In this document: positions 24,309-32,000 of the stretch, piece after piece
Layout of the letters: each line of letters starts with the position of its first letter
Numbering within the stretch: the stretch's first letter is position 1
Assembly: GCF_018881655.1 (NCBI RefSeq)
Contig: NZ_JACVPX010000003.1
Span: forward strand, 139,772-171,771
DNA length: 32,000 nt
Source of the DNA: Polynucleobacter sp. Tro8-14-1
GTDB lineage: Bacteria; Pseudomonadota; Gammaproteobacteria; Burkholderiales; Burkholderiaceae
Direction: 5' to 3'
The notes under the pieces: model-generated
What the model saw: only the letters and a program-made list of their open reading frames with translations
Databases searched by the model: none
What the model was told of the DNA's origin: nothing
Program-made: the position numbers and the translations under genes

Positions 24309-26489
24309 CTAGCTTCTTAATAACCGCAATCCATTTGCCACTACTAGCAAGCTCGCACCCATATCCGCAAATACCGCCATCCACATCGTGGCTTGCCCTG
24401 TAAAGGTAAGCACAAGGAAAATAGCTTTAATGCCAAGAGCAAGAACAATGTTTTGAGTCAGAATTAGAGCGGTTGATTTGGATAGCCGAATAAAGGTAGC
24501 AATCTTGCGTAAATCATCATCCATTAGCGCAACATCAGCAGTCTCTATCGCAGTATCGGTTCCAGCCGCACCCATCGCAAATCCAATACTTGCTCTTGCT
24601 AAAGCGGGGGCATCATTAATGCCATCTCCAACCATGCCTACCTTTACATTGGGATCCTTTTTTAGGCGACTGTCAATTATTTTGAGCTTATCTTCAGGCA
24701 ATAAATTACCCATAATCTCATCGACACCCACCTGTTTACCTATTGCCTTAGCGGTGTGCTGATTGTCACCAGTGAGCATGATGGTAGTCACGCCTAATTG
24801 GTGAAGCTCATCAATAGCCTGCTTGCTTGTTTCTCTAACAGTATCGGCCACCGCAATAATGGCTAAAACCTCTGTTTGGTTGGTAAGCAATACGGCCGTT
24901 TTGCCTTGCTGCTCTAGTGGTAATAAACGATTCTCAATATCATCAGAGCACAAACCCAATTCTTCAATCAGTCGATGATTGCCAAGGTAATACAAATTAC
25001 CCTCAATAACGCCTTTGACACCGCGACCCAGAATCGCCTCAAAGCTATCTACAGTCTTTAAATCATTCTTTTGCTCTTGATTAGCATGGGCAATTGCTAG
25101 AGATACGGGATGATCAGATCGCGCTGCAAGACTAATGGCAATTTCGTGAATATGCTTGTCATTGCTACTTAATGCAAAAAAGTCCGTTTGTGCAGGCTTC
25201 CCGTAGGTTAGTGTCCCTGTCTTATCTACTGCTAAGACCTTCATGCTCCGTCCTGCTTCTAAAAAAGCGCCTCCTTTAATTAAGATGCCTTTTCTTGCAG
25301 CGGCTGCTAAGCCACTCACAATCGTTACTGGTGTTGAGATCACCAAAGCACAAGGGCAGGCAATCACTAACATGACTAATGCTTTATAGATCCACTCTTG
25401 CCATGACTGCGCTATTAACAATGGAGGCAAAACAGCGACTAACACCGCAAGCAAAAAAACAGCTGGCGTATAGATCTTGGCGAATTGATCAACAAAACGC
25501 TGGGTGGGCGCACGACTTCCTTGCGCTGCTTCAACTGCATGAATAATTCGAGCTAGCGTTGAATGAGTCGCTTCTGCAGTAACTTTGTATTCGAACGATC
25601 CTGTCTGATTGATCGTTCCTGCAAATACCTCATCGCCAACTATCTTATCGACGGGTAGGCTCTCACCCGTGATTGGCGCTTGATTTACTGCCGAGTTACC
25701 ACTTATTAATATGCCGTCTAAAGCTATTCGCTCTCCAGGACGCACTCGAACTAAAGCACCTAAAGCGATAGCCTTTACATCCGTTAGCACCCAAGAGCCA
25801 TCGGCTTGCTGAACGGTTGCGGTTTCAGGGGTGAGGTCTAATAAGCCACGAATCGCATTACGAGCACGATCTAATGACTTGGCTTCAATTACTTCAGCTA
25901 GAGTAAATAAGAACATCACCATGGCGGCTTCTGGCCAACTTCCAATCGCCATCGCGCCTGTGACTGCAATTGACATTAAGGCATTGATATTGAGATTGCC
26001 ATTCTTTAATGCAATCCAGCCCTTTTTATAGGTGGTCAGGCCACCTGAAGCAATTGAGGCGATTACTAGAGCAATGACAATCCACTGATTACCAAGTTGC
26101 AGCAATTCCATGATTTCAGCCAAGGTTGCAGTGATACCTGCAACAGCCAATGGCCACCAATTTTTTTTAGGTATAGGCTCAATCGAGCTGTCCTTTGTAG
26201 AAGTCTGACCACTTTGTAGCACCGCCTGCATTCCAATTGAACCCAAAGCGGACTCGATAGCGTCAAGTGAGTTGAGATTGTGACCAACCGTGAGTATCCT
26301 TTGCATTAAGTTAAAGTCCAGCGACTCAATGCCGCTTACACTAACTAGCTTTTTGCGAATAAGCGCCTCTTCAGTTGGGCAGTCCATATTTTCAATGCGA
26401 TAGATGGCCTTATTCTTGCTCCGTATCTCAGAAGCCTTTGTCACAGGGGTTGATGTAGAACAACTACAGGAGGTATTGCATTCGCTCAT
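24309..26489 (-). CDS. heavy-metal (Cd/Zn/Pb-type) translocating P1B-type ATPase
   Basis: 726 aa with an N-terminal metal-binding domain (NMDCPTEE). It has the membrane CPC motif (ACPCALVISTP), phosphorylation site DKTGTLT and hinge GDGINDAP. Confidence 0.93.
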   Translation of the reverse strand: MSECNTSCSCSTSTPVTKASEIRSKNKAIYRIENMDCPTEEALIRKKLVSVSGIESLDFNLMQRILTVGHNLNSLDAIESALGSIGMQAVLQSGQTSTKDSSIEPIPKKNWWPLAVAGITATLAEIMELLQLGNQWIVIALVIASIASGGLTTYKKGWIALKNGNLNINALMSIAVTGAMAIGSWPEAAMVMFLFTLAEVIEAKSLDRARNAIRGLLDLTPETATVQQADGSWVLTDVKAIALGALVRVRPGERIALDGILISGNSAVNQAPITGESLPVDKIVGDEVFAGTINQTGSFEYKVTAEATHSTLARIIHAVEAAQGSRAPTQRFVDQFAKIYTPAVFLLAVLVAVLPPLLIAQSWQEWIYKALVMLVIACPCALVISTPVTIVSGLAAAARKGILIKGGAFLEAGRSMKVLAVDKTGTLTYGKPAQTDFFALSSNDKHIHEIAISLAARSDHPVSLAIAHANQEQKNDLKTVDSFEAILGRGVKGVIEGNLYYLGNHRLIEELGLCSDDIENRLLPLEQQGKTAVLLTNQTEVLAIIAVADTVRETSKQAIDELHQLGVTTIMLTGDNQHTAKAIGKQVGVDEIMGNLLPEDKLKIIDSRLKKDPNVKVGMVGDGINDAPALARASIGFAMGAAGTDTAIETADVALMDDDLRKIATFIRLSKSTALILTQNIVLALGIKAIFLVLTFTGQATMWMAVFADMGASLLVVANGLRLLRS

Positions 26490-26520
26490 AGCGGAAACCT
26501 AAATGATGAAGACATAGAAC

Positions 26521-26551
26521 ATTTAACACCCTATAGTAACTATAGAGTCAA
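26521..26551 (-). promoter_or_regulatory. MerR-type promoter/operator of the ATPase gene
   Basis: The minus strand reads TTGACT-(19 nt)-TTAAAT. The over-long spacer contains the palindrome CTATAGT-A-ACTATAG (plus strand about 26531-26545). It is divergent from the MerR-family gene. Confidence 0.7.
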
Positions 26552-26587
26552 GGGATTAGAATAAAAATGTAAAAACTTGGAGGTCAA

Positions 26588-26986
26588 ATGAGAATTGGTG
26601 AACTAGCAACAGCCACAGGCACTCAAGTGGAAACTATTCGGTTTTATGAGCAAGAGGGTTTGTTAGCAAAACCGGCTCGATCTGAGGGTAACTTCCGAAT
26701 CTACGGGGATCAGCACCTGCAACGCCTTACATTTATTCGCCACTGCCGCTCGCTGGACATGACCTTAAGTGAAATTCGTCAATTACTTCGCTTAAAAGAT
26801 TTGCCCGATGAAAACTGTGATGCAGTAAATGAATTGCTTGATGCCCATATTGAAGGTGTAAGCAATCGAATTAATGAGCTACGCCAACTTGAGCGACAAT
26901 TAAAGCTGCTCAGAAAACAATGTCATGCGAATCAGGACTCAGCACACTGCGGGATCTTAAATAAATTATCGCTACCCGTGAAGTAA
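26588..26986 (+). CDS. MerR-family metal-responsive regulator (CadR/PbrR/ZntR-like)
   Basis: 132 aa with an N-terminal MerR HTH (MRIGELATATGTQVETIRFYEQEGLL). It has a dimerisation helix and C-terminal Cys residues (..ENCD.., ..KQCH.., ..AHCG..). Confidence 0.88.
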   Translation: MRIGELATATGTQVETIRFYEQEGLLAKPARSEGNFRIYGDQHLQRLTFIRHCRSLDMTLSEIRQLLRLKDLPDENCDAVNELLDAHIEGVSNRINELRQLERQLKLLRKQCHANQDSAHCGILNKLSLPVK

Positions 26987-27012
26987 AAAAGAGGTGACAC
27001 TACCGCCTCTTA

Positions 27013-27389
<377 letters not shown>

Positions 27390-27425
27390 TTATATGCTGG
27401 GTATATTTAGAACAATAAGGGAAAG

Positions 27426-27502
27426 TGGTCGGAGTACAAGGATTCGAACCTTGGACCCCCTGCTCCCAAAGCAGGTGCGCTACCAGGCTGCGCTACACTC
27501 CG
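27426..27502 (-). tRNA. tRNA-Pro (anticodon TGG)
   Basis: Manual fold. Acceptor CGGAGTG/TACTCCG, D-stem GCGC/GCGC, anticodon stem CCTGC/GCAGG with loop TTTGGGA, T-arm CAAGG-TTCGAAT-CCTTG, and an encoded CCA. Confidence 0.92.
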
Positions 27503-27562
27503 ACGGAACCGATATTCTACACCGAGAGAGCCATTCGAGGCAAATCCTGTAAGATTCGTCCC

Positions 27563-27931
27563 ATGATTGCCTATTTTTCAAGCAAATTTACAAAGCAAAT
27601 TCATGCCGCGCTTACAGCGGCATTGCTAGTATTTTGCTTGCTTGGCACCCACTGGATAGGCCTCTCACATAGCATTTCTCATGCCGGCTTCCAAAATCAA
27701 GTCTTTGAAGCTAATACCTCTAACAATATTGATAAGAGTTTCAAGCACAGCTCTGATACCTGTCATTTATTTGACGCACTTTCACTTGCAGGATTTGTAC
27801 CAAGCAATCACATTGAAGCTGCAGTTATTTTGATCAGCGCTTCAAATCTACAGAATTCAAGCAATCCTTCGTTACGAAGTTTGGCTGGTAACTCTTACCA
27901 CTCACGCGCTCCACCCACTTTCATTCTTTAA
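27563..27931 (+). CDS. small membrane-anchored protein, possibly DUF2946-like
   Basis: 122 aa from the first Met downstream of the tRNA. It has an N-terminal TM helix and His/Cys positions (SHSISH, DTCHLFD), and sits upstream of a TonB-dependent receptor. The family assignment is from memory only. Confidence 0.45.
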   Translation: MIAYFSSKFTKQIHAALTAALLVFCLLGTHWIGLSHSISHAGFQNQVFEANTSNNIDKSFKHSSDTCHLFDALSLAGFVPSNHIEAAVILISASNLQNSSNPSLRSLAGNSYHSRAPPTFIL

Positions 27932-27991
27932 AACAAGGCGCTCTATTGCGCACCTCCGTTTTAATTCCTCACCATGTATTGGTGAATCTGG

Positions 27992-30088
27992 ATGAATATG
28001 AATTATCGTTTTAAACAATTTTCTTGTACCCACCTAATAGCGCTGGCCTGTATTTTGCTAATGAATCCTGCTTGGTCTCAAAACCAAGCAGAGGCTTTGC
28101 CTCAACTAGATGTCACAGGAGCGCGAGAAGGTGGCCAAGGATTCCTCTCGCCCAATAAAGTATTGGCTGGAGATGAGCTTCAAAATAAACTTTCCGGAAC
28201 GCTAGGAGCAACACTTGCCAATGAGTTGGGAATATCTGCAACTGGTTATGGTGCGGGCGCCTCTAGACCCGTCATACGAGGATTAGACGGTGCACGAGTA
28301 CAGATTCTGCAAAATGGTTTGGCTGCTGGGGATGTCTCCAGTATCTCTGCAGATCATGCGGTTGCTAGTCCCATGCAAAATACCCATCAAATTGAGATAT
28401 TACGGGGTGCAGCAGCACTGCAGTATGGCTCAGGTTCTAGTGGTGGACTGGTAAACGTTGTGAATGATCGCATTGTCACCTCAATGCCCGATGCAGTATC
28501 TGGCGCACTCAATACTAGCTACGAAACAGTGAATCAAGGCAAGACTGCCAATATTGAATTAGATGCGCCTGCCGGACCTTTAGCACTCCATTTCGATTCG
28601 TCGATTAGTAATTCTAATAACTATCGCATCCCAGGATTTGCAGAACAAGGCGGGCCAAATGCCAATTGGTCTATCAACCCCGGTCAGCCAGTGAATATTC
28701 CTTATAGCGGCAAGTTACCCTTTTCTTTCAGCAATGAAAATAGCATGGGCCTAGGCGGGAGTTACGTTCGCTCGGATGGATACACTGGCATCTCTTTAGA
28801 GCGTTTGAATCATAACTACGGAATTCCTACTGCAGAAGGTGGCTTTATTCAGCAGTCGCAGAATCGTTACGATTTTGCTCACCAAACCAATGATCCGTTT
28901 GATGGCTTTAGCTCGGTCAAAATTAGTGCCGCCAATACCAATTACCAACACACCGAATTTACTAACAATGGGGTTGCCTCCACACAATGGAACAACACTG
29001 CCACTGAAGCTAGGCTAGAGTTGGCACACAAAGAATTGCTGGGGTCTAAGGGCATATTAGGCGCACAAATTGCCGGGTCAACTCTGAATGCCACGGATTT
29101 ATCTACGAATAATTACGCCATTGTTCCGCAGACAAAATCAAATGCAAGTGCCCTATTCTTGGTAGAAGAAGGCCGATACGGCCCTTTAAAAACAAGTCTT
29201 GGGGCTCGCTATAGCTACACCACCCAAAACCCCAATTCCGGGACTCAGTTTCCAAGCGCAAGCAGTCAGGAATTTGTCCCGACATCTTATGGTCCTCCAT
29301 CACTACAGAGTAGACAATTTAATTTAATGTCCTATTCAGCCGGTGGAATGTTCGATATTGTCAAAGGTTACGGCCTAGGTCTTGCCTACACAATTTCCCA
29401 AAGAGCGCCTTCTGCACAAGAGCTTTACTCCTATGGGCCGCATGATTCAACCGCAACATTCGATATCGGCAATGCAAACCTAAGCACAGAAACATCACAT
29501 AATTTAGAACTGAGTTTTCAGAAAAGCTTGGGAGTAATCCGTAGCAAAGCTAGTATTTACAGGAACCAATTTAGTAACTACATCTATGGCTACTACACTG
29601 GCGCCTATAGCCAAGCCAATGAAAACTTTTCAGTAGTTCAAGCCTCTCAAGCAAATGCCTCTATTCAAGGTGCAGAAGCAGAGCTTAGTTATAACTGGAA
29701 TGAAACCGGCGTGGGGGGCAGATTGTTTGGTGATGTATCACAAGGAACATTTACCGCGGGAGGAAATCTTCCGCTACAACCGGCACCACGTCTAGGCAGT
29801 GAATTGGCATATCAACGTAACGGCTGGTTAACAAGCGCCACCTATATTTACAGCTATCAACAAAATAAATTAGCCAGCTGGGAAATTGGTCCTGCACCGA
29901 GTTACAACCTAGTGAATGCCAATCTTTCCTATACAGAACGAATTGGAAAGGTCAATTGGACGGGTTATCTGATTCTAAAGAACCTACTGAATGAAGAGAT
30001 TCGCTACGCTACATCACCCATGGCAGTAAGACTATATGCGCCACAACCAGGAAGAAGTTTGATGGTTGGCGTTAGGGCTGCTTTTTAG
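27992..30088 (+). CDS. TonB-dependent outer-membrane receptor
   Basis: 698 aa with a signal peptide and a TonB-box-like LPQLDVTG. It has a plug domain ([14 protein letters not shown]) and a beta-barrel ending in ..GVRAAF. Confidence 0.9.
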   Translation: MNMNYRFKQFSCTHLIALACILLMNPAWSQNQAEALPQLDVTGAREGGQGFLSPNKVLAGDELQNKLSGTLGATLANELGISATGYGAGASRPVIRGLDGARVQILQNGLAAGDVSSISADHAVASPMQNTHQIEILRGAAALQYGSGSSGGLVNVVNDRIVTSMPDAVSGALNTSYETVNQGKTANIELDAPAGPLALHFDSSISNSNNYRIPGFAEQGGPNANWSINPGQPVNIPYSGKLPFSFSNENSMGLGGSYVRSDGYTGISLERLNHNYGIPTAEGGFIQQSQNRYDFAHQTNDPFDGFSSVKISAANTNYQHTEFTNNGVASTQWNNTATEARLELAHKELLGSKGILGAQIAGSTLNATDLSTNNYAIVPQTKSNASALFLVEEGRYGPLKTSLGARYSYTTQNPNSGTQFPSASSQEFVPTSYGPPSLQSRQFNLMSYSAGGMFDIVKGYGLGLAYTISQRAPSAQELYSYGPHDSTATFDIGNANLSTETSHNLELSFQKSLGVIRSKASIYRNQFSNYIYGYYTGAYSQANENFSVVQASQANASIQGAEAELSYNWNETGVGGRLFGDVSQGTFTAGGNLPLQPAPRLGSELAYQRNGWLTSATYIYSYQQNKLASWEIGPAPSYNLVNANLSYTERIGKVNWTGYLILKNLLNEEIRYATSPMAVRLYAPQPGRSLMVGVRAAF

Positions 30089-31428
30089 GAAGTTGGAACA
30101 AGGTCAGCAATACTCTTGGCAGCGCTCAAGGCGGTGTCGCCATTCTGAGTTTCCACCATTACTCGCAATAATGGCTCTGTACCTGAGGCGCGTATCAGAA
30201 CCCTACCAATATTTTGAAGTTCAGCCTCAACCTTCGTAATTTGATTTATGAGCTTCTCGTCACTCTTCCAGTCGTAACCGGGTTTAAATTTAATATTCAA
30301 TAGTACCTGTGGAAATACTTTGACGGAATCCAATAGTTGCGCAAGATTTTTTTTATTTTGACTCATTGCCGCTAACACTTGAAGTGCCGCAATTGTGCCG
30401 TCACCTGTAGAGTGCTGGTCCAAGCAAAGCAAGTGACCCGAACCTTCGCCACCAATAATCCAACCATTTTGTTTGAGTAATTCCAAAACATAGCGATCGC
30501 CCACATTGGCGCGCTCAAAACCGATGCCCAGGTCTTTAATAGCGTTTTCAACTGCAAGATTAGTCATTAATGTGCCCACAGCACCACCAATCTGCTGGCC
30601 ACGATCCAAACGATCTTTTGCCAGCACATACAAAAGCTCATCGCCATTAAATAAACGACCAGAAGCATCAACCATTTGCAGGCGATCAGCATCTCCATCT
30701 AGAGCAATACCTAGATCCGCTTTTACTTCTTTAACTTTAGCAATTAAGGCTGCTGGTGCCGTTGCTCCGCAACCATCATTGATATTGCGACCATCCGGGC
30801 TCACGCCGATGGAAATGACTTCAGCACCTAGCTCATGAAAAACATGTGGAGCTGTGTGATAGGCAGCTCCATTGGCGCAATCTACCACAAGCTTTAACCC
30901 CTTCAGATTTAGCTCGCCTGGAAATGTTGATTTACAAAACTCAATATAGCGTCCTGCAGCATCATCTAGGCGAAAGGCTTTACCAAGCTCTTTTGAATTT
31001 ACACAACCCATAGGTTTTTCTAATTCAGCTTCAATGGCAAGCTCAAACTCATCAGACAACTTATCGCCTTTAGCAGAGAAGAACTTGATGCCGTTATCTT
31101 GATAAGGGTTATGAGAAGCAGAAATCACTAAGCCAGCAGACAAACGTAATGCCTTAGTGAGGTATGCAACGCCAGGGGTTGGAATGGGGCCGCAGAGCAT
31201 AACGTCAACCCCGGCAGCAGCAAACCCAGCCTCTAATGCAGCTTCCAACAAATATCCTGATACGCGCGTGTCTTTACCTATGAGAATTTTGCAGCGTTCA
31301 CCCGGCTTGGCTTCACGTGTTAATACTTTGCCGGCAGCATAGCCAAGGCGTGTCATAAATTCAGGGACGATAGGAAATTGGCCTACTTCCCCTCGAATGC
31401 CATCAGTGCCAAAGTATTGTTTTTTCAT
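30085..31428 (-). CDS. glmM: phosphoglucosamine mutase
   Basis: [14 protein letters not shown]-terminus and active-site [16 protein letters not shown] prefer the start at 31428 (447 aa); 31437 is also possible. Confidence 0.93.
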   Translation of the reverse strand: MKKQYFGTDGIRGEVGQFPIVPEFMTRLGYAAGKVLTREAKPGERCKILIGKDTRVSGYLLEAALEAGFAAAGVDVMLCGPIPTPGVAYLTKALRLSAGLVISASHNPYQDNGIKFFSAKGDKLSDEFELAIEAELEKPMGCVNSKELGKAFRLDDAAGRYIEFCKSTFPGELNLKGLKLVVDCANGAAYHTAPHVFHELGAEVISIGVSPDGRNINDGCGATAPAALIAKVKEVKADLGIALDGDADRLQMVDASGRLFNGDELLYVLAKDRLDRGQQIGGAVGTLMTNLAVENAIKDLGIGFERANVGDRYVLELLKQNGWIIGGEGSGHLLCLDQHSTGDGTIAALQVLAAMSQNKKNLAQLLDSVKVFPQVLLNIKFKPGYDWKSDEKLINQITKVEAELQNIGRVLIRASGTEPLLRVMVETQNGDTALSAAKSIADLVPTS

Positions 31429-31457
31429 GGGTTTCATTATAAAACTTAGATGCGTTA

Positions 31458-32000
31458 CTAAGTATTTATAGCACTCCAAAGCTTTAGGGCATCAACAGTC
31501 TCGGGAACATCATGAACCCGGACAATTTGAGCGCCACGATCGGCGGCCATAATTGCTGCGGCAATGCTTGGGGCAAGTCGCTTGTTGGTATCTTTACCGG
31601 TAATTTTGCCAATCATCGATTTACGTGAAATTCCTGCCAATACGGGAAAGCCTAATGTCGAGAAGTCAGCAAAGTGTGCCAGCATATTGAGGTTATGTTC
31701 CAAGCTCTTACCAAAACCAAATCCTGGATCAATAGCAATACGGTCACTGCTGATGCCTTTCGAAATTAAAAGCTTCGCTCTATGATTTAGAAACTGCTTG
31801 ACCTCGGCAATGACGTCCTGATATTCAGGGTTAAATTGCATTGTTAGGGGGTCGCGTTGCATGTGCATTAATACAATGCCGCAGTGATGACTGCCCATCA
31901 CAGCCTCTAAAGCCCCCGCTTGCCTGAGGGCCCAAATATCATTTACACAATCTACACCAGCATGCAACGCTTGGCGCATTGTGTCTGCTTTGTAGGTATC
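31458..32000 (-). CDS. folP: dihydropteroate synthase, 3' portion (5' end beyond the window)
   Basis: DHPS blocks DPGFGFGK and GISRKSMIG. The reading frame stays open to the window edge. Confidence 0.85.
   Translation of the reverse strand, partial: DTYKADTMRQALHAGVDCVNDIWALRQAGALEAVMGSHHCGIVLMHMQRDPLTMQFNPEYQDVIAEVKQFLNHRAKLLISKGISSDRIAIDPGFGFGKSLEHNLNMLAHFADFSTLGFPVLAGISRKSMIGKITGKDTNKRLAPSIAAAIMAADRGAQIVRVHDVPETVDALKLWSAINT

Noticed and set aside
24268-24384. Upstream extension of the Met-rich protein ORF (track start 24384)
   Set aside because: It would overlap the 3' end of the ATPase gene and bury the signal peptide. The internal ATG at 24267 has an AAGGAG Shine-Dalgarno sequence and gives a normal signal sequence.
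27425-27562. N-terminal 46 codons of the track ORF 27425..27931
   Set aside because: This stretch is antisense to a well-folding tRNA-Pro gene (27426-27502). Only the part from Met 27563 onward is considered possibly coding.

Overview
This is a chromosomal window from a moderately low-GC proteobacterium. A Burkholderiales-type betaproteobacterium is my guess from protein sequences and gene order, and I cannot verify it here. There are three parts.

(1) 1-10.1 kb is an ordinary, tightly packed minus-strand urea-utilisation locus. It holds the urea ABC transporter urtABCDE followed by urease ureD-ureA-ureJ(hupE)-ureB-ureC-ureE.

(2) About 10.26-27.36 kb is accessory DNA. Two related genomic islands sit in tandem at tRNA-Arg(TCT). 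The intact tRNA is at 27313-27389, and an exact copy of its 3' 45 nt is at 15951-15995. Both islands share one backbone: a 149-aa ORF, a 188-aa catalytic-domain-only tyrosine recombinase, a first cargo slot, a 411/413-aa tyrosine integrase, a second cargo slot, and a conserved non-coding arm next to the tRNA sequence.
- Cargo of the distal island (GI-A): a class-I Fic/VbhA-like toxin-antitoxin pair and an autotransporter-like outer-membrane protein.
- Cargo of the proximal island (GI-B): an unrecognised three-gene module including a clamp-loader-like AAA+ ATPase, and a MerR-family regulator / P1B-ATPase / Met-rich periplasmic protein metal-resistance cassette. It also has a distal segment with a DUF433/DUF5615 toxin-antitoxin pair and two unknown ORFs.

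The most unusual signal is an oriented 15-16 bp palindrome, GTCGG-N5/6-CCGAC followed by ACTA. It occurs 8 times, only inside the islands, at module boundaries and abutting all four recombinase genes. Similarity between the islands starts or stops at these sites. I propose, as inference only, a palindrome-delimited dual-recombinase cassette-exchange architecture.

(3) 27.4-32 kb is core again: tRNA-Pro(TGG), a small DUF2946-like membrane protein, a TonB-dependent receptor, glmM and the 3' part of folP.

No CRISPR array, rRNA or transposase-type IS element was seen.
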